From Acidimicrobiales bacterium (GTDB lineage: Bacteria; Actinomycetota; Acidimicrobiia; Acidimicrobiales; SZUA-35): DNA of 64,000 nt. The notes under the pieces are model-generated. The model made no database searches, was not told the DNA's origin, and worked only from the letters and a program-made list of their open reading frames with translations. Below, piece by piece: positions 20,907 to 29,807 of the stretch (the first letter of the stretch is position 1; every line of letters begins with the position of its first letter). A program made the translations under genes and the position numbers. Location of the stretch: contig CBDCGP010000056.1 in the NCBI GenBank assembly GCA_965216655.1, positions 68,782-132,781 on the forward strand, given 5' to 3'.

Positions 20907-21698
20907 TCAGCGGCCCTTCCACTCAGGAGGGCGCTTCTCGGCGAACGCCTTTGGTCCCTCCACGAAGTCGTCGGAGTCGATCATCGCCTTGACCGCCCGA
21001 TACCGGGCGCTGTACGCCTCTCGCAGCGAGGTGTGGTCGAGGCCCTGGTAGGCGGCCTCCTTGGTGGCCCGGATCGACATCGGGGAGCAGGCGAGGATCA
21101 TGTCGGCCCACTCCCGGGTTCGGGCCATGAGCTCGGCCGCCGGTACCACGTCGTTGACGAAGCCCAGTTCGCGCCCCTCGGCAGCCGACACGTGGCGCCC
21201 GGTGAGCATCATGCCCATGGCCCGCTTCATGCCGATCTGGCGGGGGAGGCGGTGGATGCCGCCGGCGAGCGCGGCAAGCCCGACCGTCGGCTCCGGCAGT
21301 GCGAATCGGGCGTTGTCGGCCGCGATGATCAGGTCGCAGGCGAGCGCGATCTCGAAGCCGCCTCCCATCGCTACACCGTTGACGGCCGCGATCACCGGCT
21401 TGTTGAGGTCCCAACGGTTGGTCAGCCCGGCGAATCCGGTGTCGGGGTGATCGGGTCGTTTGTCCGATGACGCCTGGAACTTGAGGTCGTTGCCGGCCGA
21501 GAAGGCCCGATCGCCGGCTCCGGTGATGATGGCGACCCACAGCTCCGGGTCGGACTGGAACTCGTCGACGAGGGCCGCCAGCTCGGCGTTGGCCATCGGG
21601 TGAAGGGCGTTCATCACCTCCGGGCGGTTGATGGTGATGATGAACAGATGCCCGTCGCGCGCGGACAGCGAGAATTCACCCATTGGCTGCTCCGCCAT
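20907..21698 (-). CDS. Enoyl-CoA hydratase/isomerase (crotonase) family protein
   Basis: ITINRPEVMNAL, ITGAGDRAFSAGNDL, AAVNGVAMGGGFEIALACDL. Confidence 0.9.
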   Translation of the reverse strand: MAEQPMGEFSLSARDGHLFIITINRPEVMNALHPMANAELAALVDEFQSDPELWVAIITGAGDRAFSAGNDLKFQASSDKRPDHPDTGFAGLTNRWDLNKPVIAAVNGVAMGGGFEIALACDLIIAADNARFALPEPTVGLAALAGGIHRLPRQIGMKRAMGMMLTGRHVSAAEGRELGFVNDVVPAAELMARTREWADMILACSPMSIRATKEAAYQGLDHTSLREAYSARYRAVKAMIDSDDFVEGPKAFAEKRPPEWKGR

Positions 21699-22608
21699 CG
21701 GTGGGGGGTCGTGGTATCAGTACGGGTGTGCGTGCCTTGTAGGCCTCGTAGTCGTCGTCGCCGCCCCATCGTCTGTCGGCCCGGCGTTCGAGCATTGGGA
21801 GGCCGCTGATCCTGGTCAACAGGAGATACACGAAGACGGGTGACAGCAGCGTCACGTATTGCCAGCCCGACAGCGCGGGAGCGGCGATCACCGCCACGCC
21901 GACCCAGAGCAGGATCTCGCCGAAGTAGTTGGGGTGGCGCGACCAGGCCCAGAGACCGCTGGAGATGAACCGGCCGTCGTTGGCCGGGTCCGACCGGAAC
22001 GCGCTCTTCTGCGCATCGGCCACCGCCTCCATCCCGAAGCCGATCAACCACAGTACGAGGCCGATGACGGCCCAGATGCCGAACGGGGCGCGGTCTGCGC
22101 TGGCGATGGCGGCGTGGGCGGCCGCTGCAGTGAAGATGACCCAGAGGCCCTGGGTGGTCCAGGCAACGAGAAAGCGGGGAGCGCTCTGTTTGATCTTGTC
22201 GAACCGGCCGTCCTTGCCCGCCGAACGTACTCGTCGGAACAGGAACACCCCCAGCCGCCCGGACCACACGAGCACGAGGATGACCAGCAGCCATCCCCGT
22301 GCGTCGAGGGGGCTGGCCAGTATGGCGGCCAGCACCGTGGTGCTCAGATAGGTGAGGCTGCCGACGAGGTCGTAGTAGTGCTCGGTGCGGTTCAGAAAGG
22401 ACGGAACGAAGGCGATCCAGTTGACGGCGAACGCAACGATCGCCACCCACCAGTGCACGCCGATCCCGGCGGCGGTCACCGCCCCCGACGAACCCGCCCA
22501 GGCGACGAGGGCGCCGATGACGACGGCCGCCACGATCGCCCCCAGGGCCTGGCCGCTGCTTCGCTCGGATCCGGATGTTTCGCCTGGTGCTTCGCTTGGG
22601 GAGGTCAC
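21676..22608 (-). CDS. DUF1295/steroid-5-alpha-reductase-like membrane protein
   Basis: Polytopic membrane protein with C-terminal GLWAWSRHPNYFGEILLWVG. Confidence 0.75.
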   Translation of the reverse strand: MTSPSEAPGETSGSERSSGQALGAIVAAVVIGALVAWAGSSGAVTAAGIGVHWWVAIVAFAVNWIAFVPSFLNRTEHYYDLVGSLTYLSTTVLAAILASPLDARGWLLVILVLVWSGRLGVFLFRRVRSAGKDGRFDKIKQSAPRFLVAWTTQGLWVIFTAAAAHAAIASADRAPFGIWAVIGLVLWLIGFGMEAVADAQKSAFRSDPANDGRFISSGLWAWSRHPNYFGEILLWVGVAVIAAPALSGWQYVTLLSPVFVYLLLTRISGLPMLERRADRRWGGDDDYEAYKARTPVLIPRPPTDGGAANG

Positions 22609-22647
22609 GGCGCCAACGGTAGTCGCCCGCCGCGTGGCGTCGCCCTA

Positions 22648-23001
22648 TCAGCCGGCGACACGGGAGGCCTCGGCGATGAGCTCCTCCAGATCGATCCCGG
22701 CCTCCTCCCGAATGACCCGCCGGAGCACACCGGGAACCGCGTCGAGGCAACGGCTGATGGACCGCAGCGTCGACCGCATCTCCTCGAGATGGGCCACGTC
22801 GTCGGCTCTGGTTCGCAGGTCGTCGGCGATGGCCCGCTCCGAGCGGGAGGCGATCATGGCGTCCGGGCGGCCCCTGACCCAGACCAGTGCCCGTCGCCCG
22901 GGGCCGCGGTCTTCGACGATCGGTTCGATCGCGGTGACGTCGTCGGAACGGACGTATCGTTCATAGCCGAGGCTGATCAGTTGGTCGGACTGGATGGTCA
23001 T
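22648..23001 (-). CDS. Small conserved-looking hypothetical protein (117 aa)
   Basis: Trimmed to ATG 23001. LISLGYERYVRSDDVTAI and GRRALVWVRGRPDAMIASRSERAIADDL loosely parallel RemA/DUF370 ([36 protein letters not shown]). This rests on recall only. Confidence 0.5.
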   Translation of the reverse strand: MTIQSDQLISLGYERYVRSDDVTAIEPIVEDRGPGRRALVWVRGRPDAMIASRSERAIADDLRTRADDVAHLEEMRSTLRSISRCLDAVPGVLRRVIREEAGIDLEELIAEASRVAG

Positions 23002-23078
23002 GGCCCGGAACCTCCCTGGATGTACATCCCACACTAGTGATGCACAGTGACAGCCAAGAAGGCGCGCCACGGGCGCGT

Positions 23079-23540
23079 TCAGTGGGCGAGCATGGTGCCG
23101 AGCAGCACGATCACCAGTGAGGCCAGGAAGGCGATGCCGGCCGTTGCGCCCCGGACCGACGCCTTGTCGGTTCGCTGGTGGGCGAAGGTGGCCAGCCCGG
23201 CGATGACGACGAGCACCAGTTTGATGCCCAACACCGCGTTGTAGCCGGAGCTGACGTCGGCCATCGGAATGGCCAGGATGTTCCAGATACCGGTGACCAC
23301 GGCCAGCCCGAATGCCGGCCACGCCACTCGGCTGAAGGCCCGAGCAGCCTTCGGCGCCACACCGTCGAACTCACGCAACACGGGCAACAGCGCCATCATC
23401 GTGATCTGACCGCCGATCCACACCGCCATGGCCAGCAGATGCAGCCCGATGCGGATCGAATCCACATCAAGAGCCGCGCTGTTGGTCGAGGCGAGGATCG
23501 AACCGGGAGTCGAAGTGGTGAACATGTGGCCAATACCCAT
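23079..23540 (-). CDS. CopD-like four-TM membrane protein
   Basis: IRIGLHLLAMAVWIGGQITMMALLP, then three more hydrophobic helices. Start at ATG 23540 or 23525; the 23732 start overlaps the divergent gene. Confidence 0.6.
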   Translation of the reverse strand: MGIGHMFTTSTPGSILASTNSAALDVDSIRIGLHLLAMAVWIGGQITMMALLPVLREFDGVAPKAARAFSRVAWPAFGLAVVTGIWNILAIPMADVSSGYNAVLGIKLVLVVIAGLATFAHQRTDKASVRGATAGIAFLASLVIVLLGTMLAH

Positions 23541-23582
23541 GGGGCCGAGGCTACCTCGCCACCGCCGTCGTACGCTGTTCGG

Positions 23583-24032
23583 GTGGAGCTTCCGCTGTTC
23601 GACGAGGTGGCCGACCTGGTGCACACCATGGTTCCCGACCAACTGGGGACGTTGAGAACGCGGAGTCATCGGCGAGGTCTCAAACTGTGGTTCGACACCG
23701 AGAAGCCCGGTCGCGAGCACTACGAGGCCCAACTGCTGTCACGCCGCCACGTCGATGACTCCGACGGCATGGCCGTCGAGATCGGATTTCACTCGGAACA
23801 CCGCGATGAGGGTCGCAATGACGAGGTGGCGGCCACACTCGGCCGTTGCGAAGCGACGTGGCGGGCCGAACTGGGGGAGGAGGCGGAGCTCGGACCGTTC
23901 CTGGGCGCGACCAATTGGCGTCGCCTGTCGGAATGCTGGATCGAACCCGATCTCGACGATCCCGAGCTGGCGTTCGAGTTGGCCGCCCGCCTCGTCGACT
24001 ACGTTTCGATCATCGAGCCGCTGCGCCGCTGA
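23583..24032 (+). CDS. Hypothetical protein
   Basis: Coding-looking part of ORF 23178-24032 begins near the in-frame GTG at 23583 (VELPLFDEVADLV...). No motif recognised. Lies immediately upstream of the vWA gene. Confidence 0.45.
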   Translation: MELPLFDEVADLVHTMVPDQLGTLRTRSHRRGLKLWFDTEKPGREHYEAQLLSRRHVDDSDGMAVEIGFHSEHRDEGRNDEVAATLGRCEATWRAELGEEAELGPFLGATNWRRLSECWIEPDLDDPELAFELAARLVDYVSIIEPLRR

Positions 24033-24085
24033 CGACGGCAGCGGGCGATGGGACCGAGGTGGGGATCGGCCAGTAGTGTGGAGTC

Positions 24086-26113
24086 ATGGTTGGCCAGCGA
24101 TTCCGCTACTCCCGATGGGACGGCAGTCAGAGCGGCTTCGACTTCGACGCGCTCGACGTGCTGGCCGAGCTGTCCGATGACCTGATGTACCACGGGGATC
24201 CGTCGTCGGCTCTGCGGCGCCTCATGCATGACGGCTTCTCCGACCGTGACGGCCGTGAGATCGAGGGTCTGCGGGAGATCCTGCGCAAGCTCCGTGAGGA
24301 GCGCCAGGAGCGGCTGGAGAACTATGACCTCGGCGGCGTCTACGACGAGATCAACGAGGAGCTGAACGATCTCGTTGCCTCGGAACGGCAGTCACTCGAC
24401 GATCGCTCGGCCCTGGCCGACATCGAGCTGGCCGACCCCGAGCTGGGCGACGACGGCCGCCGAGCCGCGGAGAACGCCAAGGCCGCGACCGCCCAGAAGC
24501 ACATGCAGCTCGACATGTTGCCCCACGATCTGGCGGGGAAGGTCCGGGGTCTGCAGAACTACGAGTTCGAATCCCAGCAGGCCCAGCAGCGGTTCGAAGA
24601 ACTGCTCGATCGGTTGCGTCAGGAACTGGTCAACCAGCAGTTCGGGCAGATGGCCGACGCCATGTCCAACATGAGCCCGGAAGACATGGCTCGGATGAAG
24701 GACCTGATGGCCGAGCTCAACCGGATGCTGGAGCAGCGGGCCAACGGAACCGAGCCCGACTTCGACGCCTTCATGGACGAATACGGCGATTTCTTCCCCA
24801 ACAACCCGCAGACCCTCGACGAGCTGTTGGAGGACATGGCTCGACAGATGGCGGCCATGCAGGCCCTGCTGAACTCGATGACCCCGGAGCAGCGGCAGCA
24901 GCTGATGGAACTGTCGAATCAGCTCATGGAGGACATGGACCTCAACTTCGAGGTCTCGAGGCTGGGGCAGAATCTCCAGCAGATGTTCCCCGACGCCGGC
25001 TGGCAGCAGGGCTACGACTTCTCCGGATTCGACCCGCTCGGGCTGGCCGACGCATCGTCGATGATGCGGGACCTGAGTGATCTCGATCAGCTGGAGCAGT
25101 TCCTGCGCCAGATCACGAGCCCGCAGGCGCTGGCCGAAGCCGACATGGACCAGGTCAGGCGCCTACTGGGTGACAGCTCGGCCGCCAGCCTGGAGCGGAT
25201 CGCCGAGCTCACCCGGATGTTGGAGGAACAGGGCCTGATCCACAACAAGGAGGGCCGCCTCGAGCTCACCCCCCGAGGCCTGCGGAGGCTCGGTCAGCAG
25301 GCGCTGGGCGAGTTGTTCAAACGGCTGTCGGCCGACAAGCTCGGTCAGCACAACATCGACGTGACCGGGATCGGCCACGAACGTAACTATTCGACCAAGC
25401 CCTACGAGTTCGGGGACCCGTTCAACCTCAACATCGAGCGCACGGTCGGCAACGCCATCCGGCGTTCCGGCGGTGGCACACCGGTTCGCCTCACCCCGGA
25501 CGATTTCGAGATCGAGCGCACCGAACGTCAGGTCCGGTCGAGCACGGTGTTGATGCTGGACCTGTCACTGTCGATGCCGATGCGCGACAACTTCCTGCCG
25601 GCCAAGAAGGTGGCCATGGCGTTGCACGCATTGATCACGAGCCAGTATCCCCGGGACTATCTGGGCCTTGTGACCTTCGCTGCTCTGGCCCGAAAGCTGA
25701 AGGCGTCCGATCTGCCCGAGGTGTCGTGGGACTACGACTACGGAACCAACATGGCGCACGGCTTCATGCTGGCCCGTCAGATGCTGTCGCAACAGAGCGG
25801 TACGAAGCAGATCATCATGATCACCGACGGTGAGCCGACGGCCCATCTGCTACCGGACGGAAGTCCCTACTTCAGCTATCCGCCCACCATGGAGACGATC
25901 AACCACACGATGGCCGAGGTCCTGCGGTGCACGAAGGCCGACATCACGATCAACACGTTCATGCTCGATCCCGACTCGGGCCTTCGGGGATTCGTGGAAC
26001 GGCTCACGGAGTTGAACAAGGGTCGGGCGTTCTACACGAATCCGGAGACGCTCGGTGACTACGTGCTCGTCGATTTCATCGAACACAAGCGTTCGATCGT
26101 GCGGGGCCGCTGA
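24086..26113 (+). CDS. von Willebrand factor A (vWA) domain protein, partner type of the ChlI/MoxR ATPase
   Basis: 675 aa with a long helical, acidic N-terminal part. C-terminal vWA domain with MIDAS LMLDLSLSM and IIMITDGEPTA. Confidence 0.85.
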   Translation: MVGQRFRYSRWDGSQSGFDFDALDVLAELSDDLMYHGDPSSALRRLMHDGFSDRDGREIEGLREILRKLREERQERLENYDLGGVYDEINEELNDLVASERQSLDDRSALADIELADPELGDDGRRAAENAKAATAQKHMQLDMLPHDLAGKVRGLQNYEFESQQAQQRFEELLDRLRQELVNQQFGQMADAMSNMSPEDMARMKDLMAELNRMLEQRANGTEPDFDAFMDEYGDFFPNNPQTLDELLEDMARQMAAMQALLNSMTPEQRQQLMELSNQLMEDMDLNFEVSRLGQNLQQMFPDAGWQQGYDFSGFDPLGLADASSMMRDLSDLDQLEQFLRQITSPQALAEADMDQVRRLLGDSSAASLERIAELTRMLEEQGLIHNKEGRLELTPRGLRRLGQQALGELFKRLSADKLGQHNIDVTGIGHERNYSTKPYEFGDPFNLNIERTVGNAIRRSGGGTPVRLTPDDFEIERTERQVRSSTVLMLDLSLSMPMRDNFLPAKKVAMALHALITSQYPRDYLGLVTFAALARKLKASDLPEVSWDYDYGTNMAHGFMLARQMLSQQSGTKQIIMITDGEPTAHLLPDGSPYFSYPPTMETINHTMAEVLRCTKADITINTFMLDPDSGLRGFVERLTELNKGRAFYTNPETLGDYVLVDFIEHKRSIVRGR

Positions 26114-26145
26114 AACAACTTCACGGGCGTTGATGGCCAGAAACA

Positions 26146-26161
26146 TGTGACGGCGGTCACG
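26146..26161. promoter_or_regulatory. CRP/FNR-type palindrome TGTGA-N6-TCACG
   Basis: catGTGAcggcggTCACgat matches the TGTGA-N6-TCACA consensus at 9 of 10 positions. It lies at the start of the ~620-nt non-coding gap upstream of the WhiB gene. Confidence 0.3.
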
Positions 26162-26733
26162 ATTTCGCGCAAAAATGTGCGCCTCGGGGAAAATTGCCCG
26201 ACAGGACCGCATCGGCCGGAATCGGTCATGAATCTACACCGCGCGGTCGGCCGGGTGGGGGATGGTCGTGCTTCGGTTCGGGTTGTACCAATGCTGGCGG
26301 GCGATCCGTCGTCACTCTCACTCAGCGTGGTCGTCCCGGTGGTTGATGGCACCAAACTTCCGCCTGACCAGGGACTTTCGGTTTACTTGTCGGTCAACTC
26401 TCGGCCACTCCGGGTGGTCGGCCCGTGTGGTCGCCAACGGTGTACCGTGCACCGATGTCGGCCTCCCCGATACCTCCCCCGACGCTCCAGCCGCATCGAT
26501 GATCAACGAGAAACCCGCTTGAACAGCGGCCGTTTCGGGATATTTACTTGGGTTTCGGGGTTGCCAGGAGCGAGATCACAGTGTTGTAATTACAGCGGCA
26601 GAAGTTTCACGGGCTGTCTTTGGTGGATGAATTCTCAACAAAGTCGGGAGCCACAGTGAACACACAAGTCGTACCCACGATGATCGAAGAACCAGATTCA
26701 CGCCCTCCGCTAGGCGAGGCGCGAGGAGGAACC

Positions 26734-27027
26734 ATGCGCATAGGTCGCAAGCACCTCATGCTCGATACCAGCTGGCAAGAATACGCAAACTGTCTTGGTG
26801 TCGACCCGGACCTCTTCTTCCCCGAGCGTGGCGCGTCCACGAAGGAGGCGAAGGAAGTGTGCCGGGGCTGCGTCGTCCGTGAGGACTGCCTCGAATTCGC
26901 GCTCGCCAACGGCGAGAAGTTCGGGATCTGGGGCGGGATGAGCGAACGGGAGCGTCGCCGCATCCGCCGTCAACGGGCCCTGGAACGCCAGGCGGCCGCC
27001 GCGGCATACGCGGGGGAGAGTGCCTGA
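26734..27027 (+). CDS. WhiB-family transcription factor (WhiB/WhiB2-like by motif recall)
   Basis: WQEYANCLGVDPDLFFPERGASTKEAKEVCRGCVVREDCLEFALANGEKFGIWGGMSERERRRI carries four Cys and the GIWGG turn. ATG 26734 follows GAGGAGGA (26723-26730). GTG 26656 is an alternative start. Confidence 0.85.
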   Translation: MRIGRKHLMLDTSWQEYANCLGVDPDLFFPERGASTKEAKEVCRGCVVREDCLEFALANGEKFGIWGGMSERERRRIRRQRALERQAAAAAYAGESA

Positions 27028-27112
27028 ACGGCGGTTCCAGCACCTTCGACCGGCCACGGCCGACAAAATCGAGTGCATGGCACTGACGGTTCGATGCCGG
27101 TAGCATTACGTC

Positions 27113-27289
27113 ATGCTCGCAATTCTTCAGCCCAATGAGATGATCATGATCGTGGTGGTCGTGCTCGTCCTCTTCGGCGGATCGCAGATCCCCAAGCTGG
27201 CTCGCAGCCTTGGGCAGGCCCAGAAGGAGTTCAAAGAGGGTCTGCAGGAAGGCGCTGAGGCCGAGGACGACGTGGAGGAGAAGGCCTAG
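27113..27289 (+). CDS. tatA: Twin-arginine translocase subunit TatA/E (58 aa; absent from the ORF track)
   Basis: Hand translation gives MLAILQPNEMIMIVVVVLVLFGGSQIPKLARSLGQAQKEFKEGLQEGAEAEDDVEEKA. TM helix, then FGG hinge, then amphipathic helix with KEFK. TAG at 27287-27289. Confidence 0.85.
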   Translation: MLAILQPNEMIMIVVVVLVLFGGSQIPKLARSLGQAQKEFKEGLQEGAEAEDDVEEKA

Positions 27290-27327
27290 GGGCCTTTCGC
27301 CGAACCGCCCACATCAACAGATGAATA

Positions 27328-27368
27328 CGAAGACTCGGCTCACGACGTGGGCCGAGTCGTCTTGTTTC
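27328..27368. terminator. Probable bidirectional terminator between tatA and the convergent WhiB gene
   Basis: GACTCGGC (27332-27339) pairs with GCCGAGTC (27351-27358). The 3' flank is GTCTTGTTTCGG, and the opposite strand also has a T-rich flank. Confidence 0.45.
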
Positions 27369-27416
27369 GGAACCCAGCTGTGCGAACCAGCTGTGTCGGG
27401 ATCAGCTTCGGCGAAA

Positions 27417-27683
27417 CTACCGGGGGACCGATTCGTGGACCCGGGCCTCGGCGAGGCGGGCTTCCTTGCGAGCCTTCAGGATGCGCCGGCGCTGCCGTTC
27501 CGAGGTGCCGCCCCAGACCCCGTGGTCGATGCGGTGGGCGAGCGCGTATTCGAGGCACGGCTCCTTTGAAGGGCACTCGGCGCAGACCTTCTTCGCCACT
27601 TCGACGCCAACGCCATCGCTGGGAAAGAACAGCTCTGGTGGTTTGTCGCTGCAGTTGCCGATCGCCATCCAATTGCTCTCCAT
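27417..27683 (-). CDS. WhiB-family transcription factor (second paralogue)
   Basis: MESNWMAIGNCSDKPPELFFPSDGVGVEVAKKVCAECPSKEPCLEYALAHRIDHGVWGGTSERQRRRI. Start at ATG 27683; alternatives at 27710 and 27668. Confidence 0.85.
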   Translation of the reverse strand: MESNWMAIGNCSDKPPELFFPSDGVGVEVAKKVCAECPSKEPCLEYALAHRIDHGVWGGTSERQRRRILKARKEARLAEARVHESVPR

Positions 27684-27865
27684 GGAAATAGAGACGCACC
27701 AGTAGGCCATTTGGTTCCCTTTGGGCCGAAAAACCTGGGAAATTTTACTTTTTGTTCGGAGTCGAGTGCCGTCAACCGGCTTTTCGTCCGCCCGGACGCC
27801 GCCTTTCGGCGCCTCGATCGATTCCTGAACATGATTCCCATCAAGCGAAACTAGGATGAACAGCC

Positions 27866-28372
27866 ATGACCGATGTCGAACTGCAAGAGGATCTCCCACC
27901 CGTCGCCCACGTGACGATCGTCTACACCGGCCCGATCGCCCCTCACTGGGAGTTGCGGGTTCGGTACGGCGACCAGAAGATGCTCGACGACTTCTGGGCC
28001 CGGGTGAACGCCCGCCTCCTGCTGTTGCCGAAGCACGATCCGCAGTTCCGCCGCAACAAGGAGCGGGTCAACCGCGACGCCGAGCGGGAGCGCATCACCT
28101 GCGACTGGGACCTCGGTGAGGATGACGCCGACACGTCGATCACCCCCGTGGCCGAGACCGCACCGGCCGAGGCCCAACCGGTGGTCGACGAGGCACCGGC
28201 GGCCACCGACGCCGAGCCGGCACCGGACCCGGCGCCTACCGCCGACCCCGAGCCGGAGCCTGAAACGACGGAGGCCACCGCCGCATCGGAAGGGGAAGAC
28301 GCCGGCGAGACGGCGGTGGAACCGGAGGCGGAGCCTGAGCCGGAGAGCGTCGAGCAGCCGGCAGAGCTCTAG
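27866..28372 (+). CDS. Hypothetical protein with an acidic Pro/Ala/Glu-rich tail
   Basis: 168 aa. The ordered N-terminal ~85 aa (VTIVYTGPIAPHWELRVRYGDQKMLDDFWARV) is followed by the low-complexity stretch PAEAQPVVDEAPAATDAEPAPDPAPTADPEPEPE. Divergent from the WhiB gene. Confidence 0.55.
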   Translation: MTDVELQEDLPPVAHVTIVYTGPIAPHWELRVRYGDQKMLDDFWARVNARLLLLPKHDPQFRRNKERVNRDAERERITCDWDLGEDDADTSITPVAETAPAEAQPVVDEAPAATDAEPAPDPAPTADPEPEPETTEATAASEGEDAGETAVEPEAEPEPESVEQPAEL

Positions 28373-28384
28373 GAACCTCGTTCG

Positions 28385-29341
28385 TTGAACAGCGAAGCCG
28401 GGGTGGCGCACCGACTTGTTGGCGTCGATGTCGGCGGTAGCAAGATCCTCGCCCGCGCTGTCGACCCGGCGACCGGGGCGGCGCACGGTCGAGTCAAGAA
28501 CCGCACACCGATCGACGGCCCGGCGGCCGTGATCGACAAGATCGTCGCCACCGTGCAGAGCCTCGAGGGCCATGCCGACGCCTCGGCGGTCGGCGTGGGG
28601 GTCCCCGGGCCGGTGACGCCCGACGGCACCGCCGGACCGTGCCCCAACATCGTCGGCTGGGATGAGCCGGTCGAACTGGCCGGCGAGCTGGCCGAGCGCC
28701 TCGACAAACCGGTCGTGGTCAGCAACGACGTCAACTGCGGTGCCGTCGCCGAGCACCGCATCGGCTCCGGCCGGGGCCATGCCGACATGTTGGCGATCTT
28801 CGTCGGAACCGGGGTCGGCGGTGGGCTCATTCTCGACAACCGGCTCGTCGTCGGCCAACGGGGCATGGTCGGCGAGATCGGCCACATGACGGTCGAACCG
28901 GGCGGGCGGCTGTGTGGCTGCGGCGGCCGCGGCCACCTCGAGACCTACGCCGGTCGGGCCGGCATCGACAACGAGATGCGTCGCCGGACGGACGACGGCG
29001 CCAACAGCTTTCTGCTGTCGCTTGTCGGCGACTCGCCCCTGAAGTCACGCCACATCGCAGCCGGGCTCGAGGCGGGCGACGAACTGTCCGCCCAACTCGT
29101 GGCCGAGGCGGCCGATGCGCTCGCACGGATCATAGGCAATGCCGCCACACTTCTCGATCTCCCTCTGGTCGTGCTCGGTGGTGGCATCGTCGATCGGCTC
29201 GGTCAGCCGTTCCTCGATCAGATACGTACCTCGGACGACTTCGGCGGAGCCGGTGCCGAGTTCACCGAACTGGTCCTGGCCCGGCGGCTCGACGACGCCG
29301 GTGCCGTCGGTGCTGCGCTACTGGTGGCCGATTCGGTCTGA
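28385..29341 (+). CDS. ROK-family sugar kinase (probable glucokinase)
   Basis: VGVDVGGSKI ATP motif, ROK region GVGGGLILDNRLVVGQRGMVGEIGH, zinc motif CGCGGRGHLE. TTG start. Confidence 0.85.
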   Translation: MNSEAGVAHRLVGVDVGGSKILARAVDPATGAAHGRVKNRTPIDGPAAVIDKIVATVQSLEGHADASAVGVGVPGPVTPDGTAGPCPNIVGWDEPVELAGELAERLDKPVVVSNDVNCGAVAEHRIGSGRGHADMLAIFVGTGVGGGLILDNRLVVGQRGMVGEIGHMTVEPGGRLCGCGGRGHLETYAGRAGIDNEMRRRTDDGANSFLLSLVGDSPLKSRHIAAGLEAGDELSAQLVAEAADALARIIGNAATLLDLPLVVLGGGIVDRLGQPFLDQIRTSDDFGGAGAEFTELVLARRLDDAGAVGAALLVADSV

Positions 29342-29354
29342 CGTCGCGTAGCCT

Positions 29355-29807
29355 GTGGGGATCGACGGCAATCTCGACAATGACGTGATACGGGCCGCAG
29401 GTTGCCTCGTCTACCGCGCCACGCCCGAAGGTCTCGAGGTGCTGGTCGTCCACCGTCCTCGCTACGACGACTGGGATCTCCCGAAGGGGAAACGGGAGCC
29501 TGATGAATCTGATCTCGAGTGCGCAGTCCGGGAGACCGAGGAGGAGTCGGGATTCCGGGGTGAGATCGAGGCCGAATTGGCCGCCGATTCCTACCGTGTT
29601 CGGGGGCGGGACAAGGTCGTCCGCTGGTTCTTGATGCGGTGCACAGGCGGTTCGTTTCAGCCCAATGACGAGGTCGACGAGATCAGGTGGCTGGATCCCG
29701 CAGAGGCCCAGGAAATCCTTTCCTACGGCCACGCCCGTTCGCTGGTCGAGGCACTACCGGGTGTTGCCGGCTCTACGAGTCCTCGAACTTGTAACCGACG
29801 CCCCTGA
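29355..29807 (+). CDS. NUDIX hydrolase
   Basis: Nudix box GKREPDESDLECAVRETEEESG. The 3' end overlaps the convergent response-regulator gene by 35 nt. Confidence 0.85.
   Translation: MGIDGNLDNDVIRAAGCLVYRATPEGLEVLVVHRPRYDDWDLPKGKREPDESDLECAVRETEEESGFRGEIEAELAADSYRVRGRDKVVRWFLMRCTGGSFQPNDEVDEIRWLDPAEAQEILSYGHARSLVEALPGVAGSTSPRTCNRRP

Noticed and set aside
26147-26659. 170-aa plus-strand ORF filling the long WhiB upstream region.
   Set aside because: The translation is Arg/Pro/Ser-rich with no motif and no RBS. The region is better explained as a leader or promoter.
29773-29807. 35-nt convergent overlap of the Nudix and response-regulator genes as a regulatory antisense feature.
   Set aside because: Short 3'-3' overlaps are common in compact high-GC genomes, and nothing else distinguishes the site.
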